DNA of 63,741 nucleotides, filler included, from Albugo candida (Eukaryota): NCBI GenBank assembly GCA_040437565.1. It is 53 parts of 53 records of this genome, joined end to end, with 100 filler letters (N's around TTAATTAATTAA, not from the genome) between each part and the next. Parts side by side here need not be neighbours in the genome. Positions count along the whole stretch, not along the records: positions 37,943 to 39,032 come from JBDOQK010000682.1; positions 39,133 to 40,222 come from JBDOQK010000683.1; positions 40,323 to 41,411 come from JBDOQK010000684.1; positions 41,512 to 42,600 come from JBDOQK010000685.1; positions 42,701 to 43,787 come from JBDOQK010000686.1; positions 43,888 to 44,974 come from JBDOQK010000687.1; positions 45,075 to 46,161 come from JBDOQK010000688.1; positions 46,262 to 47,347 come from JBDOQK010000689.1; 45 more parts are not named here. One strand, 5' to 3'. Shown piece by piece: positions 38,448 to 51,563 of this stretch (position 1 is its first letter; each line of letters starts with the position of its first letter). The notes under the pieces were generated by a model. It saw only the letters and a program-made list of their open reading frames with translations, ran no database searches and was not told where the DNA came from. The position numbers and the translations under genes were made by a program.

Positions 38448-39032
38448 CTAAACAATCTCTCTTCGGCCGTAGGGAATGACAATAATATAATCCGAACGTA
38501 CAAGAGGATTTGTACTGTTATTTTTCACGCATGCAACAGCTACTTGACCGTATATTCTTGCAACAGGGAGTACACATTGGAAGGACAATTCCTCAAATTC
38601 TTTTTTCCAGAAGGTTTCCATCCCATTATCATTTGACATGTTACTGTCAGCACCTTGTGTAAACCACCTTACGAGACAAAATGTATGTTCTACGTACTCT
38701 CCGTCTAACTTGATTGCACTGACAAAAAAGTATTGAATTTCTCCAATATAAGAACAAACACGCGCTTGACTACCTACAGCGCCTACATTAAAAAACACTT
38801 CAATGTACGAACCGGCAAAAGAAGTTTCATTACTTGGGCGAAGGCTTCGGTATAAAGTATCAGCCATGAAAGTTGCAGATTTTCCAACGGTGACATCAAC
38901 AAACACACAAGGAAGCCTTAGATCTTCAGGATCATCCAAATCATCAAAGGAAATCATTGAACTAGCATGAGCAAGGCTTGGTGGTTGATCAGTAATATTA
39001 GTTGACGAGGAGGAAGCAGTATCATTTTGTGT
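38448..39032 (-). mobile_element. CACTA/CMC transposase C-terminus
   Basis: YRS..GSYIEV..YIGEIQYFF..HTFCLVRWF..CVLPVARIYG. Confidence 0.8.
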
Positions 39033-39805
39033 NNNNNNNNNNNNNNNNNNNNNNNNNNNNNNNNNNNNNNNNNNNNTTAATTAATTAANNNNNNNNNNNN
39101 NNNNNNNNNNNNNNNNNNNNNNNNNNNNNNNNATATTATCGAATCAAACAATATTGTTATATAAAAGAAATAAAATACACAACTTATAAAGTGAAATGAT
39201 GGTGGTTTAAAGTGTAAAATAAGGGGACTTGGTCGTAAAGTATGTTCAGGCACAAAGATTTACATAAGAACGATGTTTAACACTTGCATTGCTGTAGTTT
39301 TAGTCTGTTAAAAGATTATCTAAAGTACTGAACCTGATAGAGAAAGGTTTAAACTAAAAAGGGGTTTTAATTTGAATTCATGAGTAAAAAAGAGTCATGA
39401 ACAGAATTTTGGTTTTCTTCCTTTTTTTTTTTTCCTTAAACAAATCGTTAGGGAATTTAACGTTTAAAAAAGCATCTGTTGAACCAAGTTCACTTTTTCA
39501 TTAAAACAGACGTGAACCTTCTTCTCAAGTTACTATATTTCCGTCAATAATAGTTTTAACTCCTCATTACGATTTTCAGTTTAAAAGTATACTCATTTTT
39601 CAAGTTGCCTGCCAAGATTGAAAAGCTTATTGTTTTCTTTTTTACACGTCTAGATTTACAAGTAGAACATTAAGAACATGATTGTAATAAAACAAAACGT
39701 TGTCAAGCAAGATAAAATATAACTAAAGAAAAAGGAACTGCCTTAGAGTAAGTCAAGTTAAAACTTTTTTTTTAAACAATATTAATAATTTTATTATTTT
39801 AGGTA

Positions 39806-40110
39806 CTAAACATTGCTAATAGAGCCAGCTGTATTATCAAGGTTTTCTTTAAAAATATGGTGTGAAACAACCGAAGAAGAACTACTGCCTACTGTTTTCA
39901 ACAAGCCAATTTTACATATTATATCCTCGAGTCGAATAATACAGTACTTGTTGAGTTGTGGGTTGTGGGTGTATTTTGCTTTAGGAATGGTTTTGTCTAT
40001 TTGTGAAACCGAGTTGGAAGCTGCCATTTCTACCATGACCAAGAAAAACACCTCGTGTTGAATATGATACTCGAAAAAAAAACAATATAGAACCAGTATA
40101 CCAGTTTTCG
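39806..40110 (-). mobile_element. CACTA/CMC transposase C-terminal exon
   Basis: G.VLYCFFEYH..FFLVMVEM..IP..KYCII.LEDIICKIGLL. Confidence 0.55.
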
Positions 40111-41024
40111 ACCAAGTTGTTAAACCGACTAATATAGAAAATAATTATTGGTATGACGATAAATTATATAATTGTTTTCAAAAACTAACTTACTTTTTAT
40201 GAGTAGCTGTAAACATGACAAANNNNNNNNNNNNNNNNNNNNNNNNNNNNNNNNNNNNNNNNNNNNTTAATTAATTAANNNNNNNNNNNNNNNNNNNNNN
40301 NNNNNNNNNNNNNNNNNNNNNNATACTACTCTTGCTGTTAATTAATTACATCATGATAACAGCTTGATAAAAGCTCACATGCTGCCTTAAGTAATAAATT
40401 ACCCCCTTCCCTATTTGGATCGTAAAAGAAACAGCAGTATACTATCAACGAAATAACTTCGCTTTATTCCTTTTATGTAATTTCGCGATGATATTTTTTT
40501 GACCAACATCTTTCATCATGAAAAAGCCCAGCCAAAAAGTATCACAAAAAATAAACGGGAAACTTTTTTATTACAACAATACATAAAAAAATATATACAT
40601 GTAGTAGTATCATAAATATGAGCGGTACTATAAAATATAACATATGATGCTTTATGTAATTTATATTGTTTGTATGTTCTTTGTAATTTTAGTCTATTAC
40701 CTATTTGAAGAACGGCCCTCATTTCGTTTACTTGATTCTTTAAACTATCCTTTCTATACCGTTTTATTATAAACGCTTTACTTTCTATTGAGGGATAAAA
40801 ACATCCGGTTCTTCTCTTTCAAACGATACTAAGAACGTCTTGATCGGATGAGTTTACGTTGATATAGTTTTCTGGAGAAAAGTACTTCTGGGGTAACACA
40901 GAACATTAGTCTGCATTATTATTTATCATGAGCCATTTCATAGTAAAAGAAAAAAAATGATATAAAAGAAGAAAATACTTTTTAATTCTTCTTTTTTTTT
41001 CTTTATTCCCCCCTATACCTTTGC

Positions 41025-41146
41025 GTCTACGGCCATACTTTTGTTGGAAACACCGGATCTCGTCCGCTCTCCGCAGTTAAGCAACCTTAGGATCAGCCAG
41101 TACCAAAAGTGGGCAACCATAGACGGGAACAGTGATTGCTGTAGAT
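41025..41146 (+). rRNA. 5S rRNA (divergent variant or pseudogene)
   Basis: GTCTACGGCCATAC..CACCGGATCTCGTCCGCTCTCCGCAGTTAAGC..CAGTAC..GTGGGCAACCAT..GGGAA..GCTGTAGAT; helix I pairs over 9-11 bp. Confidence 0.85.
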
Positions 41147-41203
41147 GCGCGATATTGGTGTTCTTTTAGAGTGTCAATATTAGAGGTGTAGTATTCATAG
41201 TGA

Positions 41204-41390
41204 TTCAACTCTTCGCTTCCTAGTTTCAACACGGGTTGCTAATTTTCAACTCTTGACTGCCTAGTTTCAACACGGGTGGCACCTTTTTTTCCTCCCCTTT
41301 TCTTAGTGGTTCAACCCTTCGCTTCCTAGTTTCAACACGGGTGGCTAATTTTCAACACTTGCTTCCTAGTTTCAACACAGGCGGCTATGT
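41204..41390. repeat. Four copies of CCTAGTTTCAACAC(G/A)GG in two ~80-bp blocks
   Basis: Cores near 41219, 41260, 41325, 41365. Confidence 0.9.
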
Positions 41391-42752
41391 TCACTGTGCA
41401 CTTTTCTTTTCNNNNNNNNNNNNNNNNNNNNNNNNNNNNNNNNNNNNNNNNNNNNTTAATTAATTAANNNNNNNNNNNNNNNNNNNNNNNNNNNNNNNNN
41501 NNNNNNNNNNNTGCCTGTACAAAGGGTTTTTTTGAATAGTTATGAATATCTTCAAGCATTCAGGAGCGTTTTCAGAAGAAGAGACAGCGCTTCGAAATAT
41601 CTTTCCGTTATCGCTGATTGAGTAAAGCAAATTTTATTGATACAAGCATTAATGAGTATATAATACCCCTTTATTATATAGAGAAAATTTTTGTAGAAAA
41701 TCTCAAGTAATAATCATGCTTCTGGAACTGTTTCTTCTCTTTTCATTGTATACTTTAGCTTTATCAAACATAAGCCGTGGCCATATTTATACAATATTTT
41801 CTATTAGTAGGAATAAAAAATCACTTTACATTTGATTAACTATGCTAGCGTATTATAAGTAATGGTGAATACAACTTCATTGTTCTGACTATAGCTGACA
41901 CATATTGCTTGCTGTCATATGATGATTCTCGTCTAATTTATTTACTCCAAGCTAATGTTTAATAGCTCAGCCCGTTATGCAATGCACTACGCTTTAAATT
42001 AAAAGCAAGCGTGATTTCATATTCACGCTACATACATATAACACTATTACTATTATGTATCGACAAAAAAAAATACCTTTCTTTGTACAAAATATATATT
42101 TATATACCATTTTTTTTCTTAAAAGGCAAAACATATATAACGTAACATCAATTATTGTTACTATTATTAAGAAAACAATAGGGGTTGAATTTTATTACTA
42201 AAATATATATCATCATAGCCTCAAATACAATAAGTGAAGTAGCTTTTTAGTTTTTGGAAAAAGCTCTTCATAGTACTGAAATATAGTCATCACTACTAAT
42301 GCGATTATGCATTTGTCGCTGTGCTGTAACATTATGCCTACTCTGTCGTTTGATCCAACAACACCAAAGAAAAAAATGAGTTGCCGTCTGTAACTAGTGC
42401 TATTACTGATGACTAGATGCTGTGTATTATTATTAAGCGCTAATGTTTCATTTATTATTACCTAGACACATATAACCTGTGATGCTATATACAAAACGTT
42501 GTTATTATTAGTATAAGTCACGGGCACGCTCTGCCGCAGTTAGTTTAAATGCCACTGCAACAAGAGGTGTCTAGTTTTATGATGGTTTCTAAAGTTGAGA
42601 NNNNNNNNNNNNNNNNNNNNNNNNNNNNNNNNNNNNNNNNNNNNTTAATTAATTAANNNNNNNNNNNNNNNNNNNNNNNNNNNNNNNNNNNNNNNNNNNN
42701 GTATTTAGTACAGCAGAGGTAAAATAGTAGCGCTTGTATTATTATTATCATT

Positions 42753-43534
42753 ACCAAAAACAGTCAAGCCCAAGACATCTAAAGTAAAGTCCTTCATTGT
42801 TTTAGAAACATTCACTTCACCATTACCAGATGCTAAAAATTCTCTTTCGATATAAGTAAAAAGATCGGGGACGACAGAGCTCATGGTTTTGACAGGCATA
42901 GCGCGATGAAAGGCAGGGTTCATGACTCGGCGTTGATTTTTCCAGGTTTCTCCATTTGATATAGCAACATGTTCTGTTCCTAAGAATTGATTAACAGGAC
43001 TATCATGAGCAACAGCTTTGAATACCGCATTTGACTTTGGAAAATTGTCTATGATAGCAATGGAATGATGATTGTTAACATTGTTTTGTTCTACTGGTTT
43101 TTAAATATTTTTTTTATTACCTGTTTTCAACAAAAGCGTTTTAGCAGCCACGGGATCAATTGTAAATATAGTCCAGGTTAAGGGAACTCTACTCTATTAA
43201 TTTTGCAATAGTATTATTAGCTCTATGTAACTAAATAGAATTTGCAATGATTACTTACAACATAGAATTTGTGTCCTGCTTTCATGAGAGGGGTTATCAA
43301 TCTTCTATTTCTTTCAATGACAGATTCATTGCAATAAAATGACTTTATCATTGAGAAAACTGAAATAGAAGGGAATTGACGCATTTTCTTAGGCACACGC
43401 AAGAGAGAGTAAGTCTGTTGGGCAACGACCAGAAGGATAGCAAAACCAATGTAAGAACGAGCGGATCTTTTTTTGAGAAAAGGAAGTACGACTTCATTAA
43501 AGGTAGAAGAATATAGGTTCAATGTTTGCTCCAT
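42753..43534 (-). CDS. Cytochrome P450, first three exons
   Basis: N-terminal TM anchor, LRVPKK..FP; exons 43534-43259, 43193-43121, ~43048-42753; NGETWKNQRRVMNPAF (WxxxR), FTLDVLGLTVFG. Confidence 0.93.
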
Positions 43535-44031
43535 GATAATTTATTATGATTAAATAATTGCTTGTTTTTGAGGAAGAGTAGTTTGTTGTTTTGGATGAAA
43601 TTTATATAGAATCGCTAAAATAAATATTATGCGTCTTGATATAGTGGTGTTGCGGTGCCCGATTTACCCGTGAGCGGGCCGTGGTTCCTAAGACCTAACT
43701 CCCTTTTAATTTTAACTCAACATTGAGCTGTTTTTTTGTTCCGGAAACTTAGATCACGTATTACAACATGCATATTTAGATCCATTANNNNNNNNNNNNN
43801 NNNNNNNNNNNNNNNNNNNNNNNNNNNNNNNTTAATTAATTAANNNNNNNNNNNNNNNNNNNNNNNNNNNNNNNNNNNNNNNNNNNNCCCATTTTATTAT
43901 ACAACGTAATACGACAGGAACACCAAAAAAAAAAAAGTGTATATATATATACACACTCAAGACTATTTCTTTTTCTTTTTTTATCTTTATCTCTCTTTTT
44001 TTTTATACGCCTCTTTCTTTATAAATATACA

Positions 44032-44844
44032 ATGCATAAACCAATATTTCATGATGAGTTGACTTCATCAACACCACTTCCATTAACTACAGAGAATTTA
44101 ATGAACTTGGATAAAAATAATTTAATGACGGATGAGATATTACAAAGATATATTTTACTGGATAAACTTCAAGATAGTAATAGACCATCATACCGCGAGA
44201 GATGTCAATCTACTCCCCCACAAATACAACAAAAAGACCTTGTCGTGGCGTCACCTCGGCTTCTTCCTTTCCCGTATCACAATGATTCTTTGTTCCTTCC
44301 GACTGCCGAGACAATACAATACAATCATCTTCATTATGCTTCTGCAACAACAACAAGCTGTTCAACTTCTCGGGCCGATTCCACAAGTCTTTTACCCGAC
44401 TCTGAATTTTTTATATCCAGGCCCCATTCTACAGCAAACATTAGTTCAAGTACAACACAAAGCTTTCTTCATTTAAATGATTATAAACCACAATTATTAG
44501 AAAGAAGATCATTACCTATTAAATTAGATTATTCAAATATCGTTATCTCTAAAACTGGTAGTAAACAACAACGTTTTTTACGCCGTTCTTCTTCTTTTGG
44601 GTCTAGTTCAACTTTATCTGTACCAACAAATGAAAAGAAAAAACCTTGGTTAAAGCGTATACTAAAAATTTTCAATAAAAACAAACATAAAAAACAACAA
44701 CAAAAGTCTGACAAAGAAGAAAGTGAAAATAATACTATAGTAGATCAAGTGTGGTATTGCCAATATAACAAGAATCCTACAACAAATTTTAAACGATATC
44801 ATCATCAATACCAACATCAAAGATCAATGATCTTTGCTTCATAA
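44032..44844 (+). CDS. Hypothetical low-complexity Ser/Thr/Gln-rich protein
   Basis: Complete 270-aa ORF after a pyrimidine-rich leader; KKKPWLKRILKIF basic motif; no recognised domain. Confidence 0.7.
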   Translation: MHKPIFHDELTSSTPLPLTTENLMNLDKNNLMTDEILQRYILLDKLQDSNRPSYRERCQSTPPQIQQKDLVVASPRLLPFPYHNDSLFLPTAETIQYNHLHYASATTTSCSTSRADSTSLLPDSEFFISRPHSTANISSSTTQSFLHLNDYKPQLLERRSLPIKLDYSNIVISKTGSKQQRFLRRSSSFGSSSTLSVPTNEKKKPWLKRILKIFNKNKHKKQQQKSDKEESENNTIVDQVWYCQYNKNPTTNFKRYHHQYQHQRSMIFAS

Positions 44845-45369
44845 TTTTTACAAGAAATTCATTCATTTTTCATGACCCGCACATTCATTTCTATTATGTA
44901 CAATGTATTATATGTAAATCACTAGTATTTTTTCTCCTTCTTCTTCTTCATGTCAACATTTTTATTCTTATTACNNNNNNNNNNNNNNNNNNNNNNNNNN
45001 NNNNNNNNNNNNNNNNNNTTAATTAATTAANNNNNNNNNNNNNNNNNNNNNNNNNNNNNNNNNNNNNNNNNNNNAAGCAATCAATTAGTAATATATGGTC
45101 AGGCTATGCTGTTCGTTGTTAAATAAGTATTTGTTTTAATAAAAAAAAAAACGTTCAACCTTTCACTTTACAGTTAAACACTTCTGAGCGATTACCAAGA
45201 AGATATTGCTGTCAAATATTTTTATATAACAATAGGTAAATACCATTGGATGGCTTCCAACTCCCCAAAAAAAAATTAAGATATGATGAATAACAATAAA
45301 CAATGATAATATTGTATTTATTTATTGACAATGTAACTATTATATTATTACTAATTTAGTAAGTCGTTG

Positions 45370-46050
45370 TTACTTAATCTTGCAAGAACCCTTCATGTTG
45401 ATTGATTTTTTGGTTTCGTTGTGAATGCACTTTTGAGGATTTTTAAAATCTTTCGTAGCGCTTGTTTGCTTGTACAAATAGAATGTAGCATAACCATTTC
45501 CACCACCTTCGGATCCATATAAATAATCATTCATCTTACTGTAAGCAGTATAGTAAGGACCTACATCATAACCACGGTCTTGAGCACTGCTACTACCCGA
45601 AGAAAGAAGAAATACTCTTTTACCGCCATTCAAGATTTCTGAGATTGCGCTTGGTACGCTACCTGCTGAATACTCAATTCCAAGGAACTTTCTTGTTACT
45701 ATTTCTCTTGCATATTCGCCAGTGAACGGAACGCGCATGTTTTTGAAAGCAGTATCTAAACCATCTCTATTAAAAGTATGGACTCTACAACCCAAGGAGC
45801 CTTCTGCATCATCCGTAGCTCTATTATAAGTCCAAGTTGTTGTAGTGGATCCATCCATGAGAAGATAGCCTTTACCATCAGCATGAAGCCATTTATTTTT
45901 CTCAACAGACCATAAAGCAAAAGCATCCTTTCCAGGTTCAATTGTATTACCACAGTTATCGACAATGGTATAAGCAGGAGAGATGGTTATAGCTGCTTGA
46001 GCTACAGACAAGAGAGAAAGACTCAAGGCAGCGAATTGATAAAGAAGCAT
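45370..46050 (-). CDS. Secreted beta-rich protein of unknown function
   Basis: Complete single-exon 226 aa; signal peptide MLLYQFAALSLSLLSVAQA; 4 Cys; TATATAAA upstream. Confidence 0.85.
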   Translation of the reverse strand: MLLYQFAALSLSLLSVAQAAITISPAYTIVDNCGNTIEPGKDAFALWSVEKNKWLHADGKGYLLMDGSTTTTWTYNRATDDAEGSLGCRVHTFNRDGLDTAFKNMRVPFTGEYAREIVTRKFLGIEYSAGSVPSAISEILNGGKRVFLLSSGSSSAQDRGYDVGPYYTAYSKMNDYLYGSEGGGNGYATFYLYKQTSATKDFKNPQKCIHNETKKSINMKGSCKIK

Positions 46051-48640
46051 GTTAATTGTTTAAACTGTAAACTGTAAAAGTGTTTTGATGATTTACAAAA
46101 AAAATGAATGGATCAAAGCTCTTCTTTTTATATACAAAATTCAGTAATATTATTATCATGCNNNNNNNNNNNNNNNNNNNNNNNNNNNNNNNNNNNNNNN
46201 NNNNNTTAATTAATTAANNNNNNNNNNNNNNNNNNNNNNNNNNNNNNNNNNNNNNNNNNNNCTCGACAACCCTCAACCACAGTAAGTTTATTTTATGGTT
46301 AAAAAAAAAAATGTTGGTTTTAATTACTTTGTAATTATGTGTTTAGACCTATTGTGTATGACGACCCTTATCAAAATAGAAATTACAGAGGTGGTAATTT
46401 ATCCTATCAACAACCACAACATCAAAGAAGATATTAATGTTTTTCCTATAAGATGTTGACAGTAAAAAAAAATTAAAAATGAAAAAAGTTTCAATAAAAA
46501 TGACAAAGTATATTTCAATACCCCCAATAAAACATCCAATAAAAAAGTATGCCAAATGGGTAGAAGGTCTTCCCATTGATTGTGTTTTATATCTCGGCTA
46601 CCTTTTTCCCCTTTTTCCATTATCAAATTTTTGATCTGTATTAATTGAAAAAAAACAGACTTTTATATAGAATACTTCTTGAAAGGCAAATACTATTTTA
46701 ATCGATACGATTAAGTAATCACCTTTTTAACAAATTAAAAACTCTCTACTACCAGCCACAACAGTTTATTTTGAGAAATGCCAAGTTGAGATTAGAACAA
46801 CATTGCTATTACTTTTTAGTCGGTTTCAGTTTTTATTTTTATCTGAATGCAGGACAGGTCAGTGATATGATACCATAATAGTGGGTCGTCCGTAGAAGAA
46901 AATCGAGAATGCCTGCGCTAATATATGCTAGAGACTGAATGACCTACTGGTCTACAATTGTGCATGCAAGTTATCTCTCAACCTTCTATTACTAATCTTT
47001 GAGAGGTCCTCTTCTTCATTTTCAAGGTCGATTTACTGTAATATACTATGTATTCGCAAGCAGCAAATGATGCGATATGATACCGTATCTTTTAATATTC
47101 GATTCTTTACTTTAGCTATTCTTTACGACGCTAACTTTAAATGTAATAAGAATGAATTATTGCATGATTGCTCAAGTGGCTTGGGTGATATTTTTCGTAC
47201 CTTTCAAACCCAAATAATATGTCAGATATATATTACTTGACAAATACCAATCTTTCCTAATTCAAATATCAATTACTTTTTTTAAAGTTTTTGTGTGCTT
47301 ATCAATCGCAAGAAAAAAGCTTAATTGGTTCAACTCAATCGCATTCCNNNNNNNNNNNNNNNNNNNNNNNNNNNNNNNNNNNNNNNNNNNNTTAATTAAT
47401 TAANNNNNNNNNNNNNNNNNNNNNNNNNNNNNNNNNNNNNNNNNNNNGCTACATTGTCTGAACCTGAGTCAAGTTCTGCTACTTCATTTGAAGCTGAGTC
47501 AAGCTCTGATACTTTAGTAGAGTCAAAATCAAGCCCTGCATCATCTGTTTTACCTTCTTCTACTACTGCATAGACCATTACAAGAAAATGAAATGATATA
47601 AATATTTTAAATTCCACAAAAAAAATTGTTTTACTTCATTTTTATTAACATGAAAAGAAAATATCGAATAAAAATTAACTTATTACTTATGTATTCCTAA
47701 ATTGTCTAATAATACATATTACACTGTCCTTCGTTTATTTCATCGTCAATATTAATGACCAAGTAATTTGTTTTTAGTAACGATAACATACGCTATATAT
47801 GTGCATAAACAATAAAGTAAATCGTCAAACAATTGACATTTGGATTTAAAGTATTTATGTTAACAGGGCAAATAGTCTTTTTTCAATTGGTTTTTCATAC
47901 TATCAATCTCATGTTATCAAGTTTTGTATTATCATAACATGTTGTAGAAGACCATATAGACCAAAAAACACCAAACAAAGAAAGCGCTTCTTGTTATATC
48001 TCATCACCTACTACTTATTATTTTCTTCATCGGTAGAGTACGAACTATAAAATTTCTGTGTACATACATCATATATCATACCAAGCCGCAATCGAAAGTG
48101 TAATGATTTTCTATGCAAACATTTAGAATAGTAGTGGTAATAGTGAACTCGAGTAATAATAATTACCGAAATTGGCATAGCTCATCATTTACTACGACAA
48201 TCGACTCTTTTTTTTTGTGAGTTAAGGACCCTATTACCTACACTACCGATTAAACGCGTCTTTGAATTTATGATTTCTATTGAGCGTGTATATATGTAAT
48301 ATGCAAAGCGCTGCTGGTGAGCAATTTATCGTGAATTAAAGAATCAAAATAATAAAAAAGTATATTATCCCTTAAACATTGCGTACACACCATGATAGTT
48401 AGTAAATAACAATGAGCACGCTACTTTATTTAATACATATTAACAGACAAAATAATGAGTAAATAAAAAACATGTGGTCTGATGTCGATTTCCTTCGTCG
48501 TTATCACGAAAAAAATAGAAACTTTTAGAANNNNNNNNNNNNNNNNNNNNNNNNNNNNNNNNNNNNNNNNNNNNTTAATTAATTAANNNNNNNNNNNNNN
48601 NNNNNNNNNNNNNNNNNNNNNNNNNNNNNNAAAAAAAAAG

Positions 48641-49710
48641 TTAATCAAAGTATAATAGCGACCAGTCTTGAATATTCTTCTTTTTACAGTAAGCTTGCTG
48701 ACCAGGGAATAATGGTGGAAGAACTTGCTTCATTCTGGTACCTTCTTTGATTTTCACATGATAAAGATGAGCCATCGAAAGCTGCATAAAGATCGGCATC
48801 TTTTTGACAGGTTCACTGAGATAAGGAACGACGGTGTATCTTTCTTGGTTTGAAAGAAAAACCACCGTTCTTTTGAATGTTTCTGCTACAATTCTAGGGT
48901 GCTCGGGTGAACAAAAGTAAAGTTCAGGCCCCACCTTTTCTCTTCTACATTCTAATACTTTGACTGCATTAGCCAAGTGAGTTGCTCCAAGCAAAGAAGT
49001 GTACCAATCAAAATTATCATTTACATGATCCAACATTTCTTGCTTAATTAATTTCCATTCATCTTTAGCAGGATCATCTTTGTTTTTTTGGTCATTGTAG
49101 ATTTCCTTTGCTATACAATGGAATCCACAATTTCCATCAGTATCAGGACAATACACTGCTTCAATATACCTGGGAGCGATTGACGAATCAACCACACTCA
49201 TTCCTCTATCAAAGCAGGTAACGCTTTTTATGTCTGGCTTTCCTTTTTGTTGTTGAGAGCTGCTTTTTGATAATTGAGATAATGTATTACTCAACTGCTG
49301 GTTTGAGATGAGAAGAGGGGAGAATGAAGAGGAGGTTGATAGAAGTAGGAGGAGGAAGATGACATTTCTGATCTATATATAAATAGTTCAACAGCAGTTA
49401 GATTAATTATTGATGTAGCCTAGTTTCATAAGTATTATAAACAGATGAAGCTATTTTAAGCATGAGCAGCATATGAAATTTAAATTGAAGCATACCTTTG
49501 AGAACTTACTGGAGTGAAATCTAAGTTAAACTCATCTTTTTTTTGTTTTTTGATTTTTTTGTTATGTTGTTCTATTTCTTCATATATGTACTCAAGACCA
49601 ATTTTTTCTCTTTTAGTATTTTTGTTGCGACCTTTCTGGGAGATTACAACAGAGGGAGGGGAAATATCTTCTATCTTTGTATTTTTATTGTTGAGGTGGC
49701 AAACCGTGTT
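48641..49710 (-). mobile_element. MULE C-terminal region with OTU-like cysteine protease domain
   Basis: DGNCGFHCIA..WKLIKQEML..SPEHPRIVAETF..AHLYHV; upstream exon IEDISPP..KGRNKNTKR..LE typical of Mutator C-termini. Confidence 0.75.
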
Positions 49711-49810
49711 NNNNNNNNNNNNNNNNNNNNNNNNNNNNNNNNNNNNNNNNNNNNTTAATTAATTAANNNNNNNNNNNNNNNNNNNNNNNNNNNNNNNNNN
49801 NNNNNNNNNN

Positions 49811-50420
49811 CATGTGTTTAGGTCCCGTGATTCGATGACAGTATGGAAGTAATCAATTGCGTCAGACTTCATGCGGCCCAGAGGATGTTTCAATACAAAA
49901 CTGCTAATGAACTAGCGGAACCATTTGGCGCATGGTACAGATCTTTAAACATCTGCAGTAACCAGGACGGCTAGATTGTACCTCCTCTGTGAATTCTTCT
50001 ACGAAGTTGCTCATTTTCTAATGTTTCATCAAACGCAAGTGCAGTTCGTCTACAAAAGAGGCCTGAAAAGTACATGTGGCTGCTGTAGAGTTACTGCATT
50101 TGCTCGTGGGCTCTTTTTCCTCGCCAATTATAGTTTGACGACCAAGTTGACGTTGCAGTGAGGGATTATGCCGCAAAGTTATGGAAGATGAGCGGTTGCA
50201 CAATGGGTCGACATCACTTCATAGCTCGAAGTCGGATCTATACTGTATCCGACGACGACTATTACGAAGGCTTTGAGCGCAATACTATGATACGAAGAAT
50301 TGTTTGCTGTCGAAAAATTGCTTGGCTATTTCAGTGACAGGAGGAAGTAGCAATTGCAATCAACGTGAAGGATGTGGCTGAGCTAGTGTAAGAGATTGTC
50401 AATACAGACAGGCAAAATCA
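49811..50420 (+). mobile_element. Degenerate chromoviral Ty3/Gypsy integrase C-terminus
   Basis: Broken frames give KLTLQ*G (KL..xWxGP-like), FAVEKLL (chromodomain start) and DVAELV; many stops. Confidence 0.4.
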
Positions 50421-51563
50421 CGGCTTTTGAAGGAGTTGTATAGAAGAATCTCAAGAGCATAACGAGTGGAAAATTGTATTCACATCTATTTGCATTGTAG
50501 GCGACAACTTTTGCATCCAGCCAAGATTGTGGTCTTTTCACGCTAAGAGGCTACGATGTGCCAGCCCTCGGCCGCTAGACCATCGAAATCGTTATTCTTT
50601 GCACAGTATTGTTTTCCTCGTATTCTCATATTTATCGAGCTGTAATATCTCGAGTCTCGTTCCGCTCAATTTAACAGCCCATACCCTCCATCATTCTGAT
50701 TGATCGAAACGGCGACGTCAAAGGTTGGAAGGGATCCATTATATTTCGTTCAAATCCAAAGCATTGTCCACGCAAACCATATACGTTGATTCTATTCTTT
50801 TTGTCGCTACTTTGAGACAAAGAAAAAATGTGATGACTGTACTTTCAAAGGGATGCAACCTCATTGTCATCCATGTCTACTCACCGATTGNNNNNNNNNN
50901 NNNNNNNNNNNNNNNNNNNNNNNNNNNNNNNNNNTTAATTAATTAANNNNNNNNNNNNNNNNNNNNNNNNNNNNNNNNNNNNNNNNNNNNGTCACCCGCT
51001 GTCGTGAAGAAAATAACCATTTAAAGAATCAAATCGATGAGACAGACTCAAAAATCGCTTCCAAGTTGGTGGCACTTGAAGAAGAGAATTGGGAACTGCG
51101 TCGTGCTTTAGGACGTACATAATGATGAATACAAACGCGTGTGGACTTGTGTATAGAAGTATGATTCGAGGCAGCAATATTTCTATGGTCTCGCAAAAGG
51201 AATGAAGCTACTCTACTCTTCTACATTGTTTGGAACTGAGAGCCTTCGCGTGGATTGTATTCCGGCTTCGCGTCGGAATGTCGCGACTATAGACTTTCCC
51301 GGTCCTTTTGCTCGACTACCTGACAAGGAGATAATGTCACAGAGGTAGTCGAGATACATGGAGGGGTGACATTCTACTTTAGAGGTAATCGATGCAAAGG
51401 TAGGCTGTATCGGGAAGTGTTGGATAGCTGCCTCTGTTTGTTCGGCGTCTCGTTTGCTAAGCTGTAGCCGCTACAAAGTCACAAGAAAATTCGCACACAT
51501 AATCTCAAGGTCAATACTGCTATGTGTATTAATTACGTCTTCCTGATTTTACGATGTATCTCA

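Noticed and set aside
40600..40945. Minus-strand frame with many in-frame TAA/TGA suggesting an alternative genetic code
   Set aside because: No recognisable protein; stop density is expected for AT-rich or decayed DNA
41204..41390. Mini CRISPR array
   Set aside because: Spacers are short and duplicated, context is eukaryotic, no cas genes
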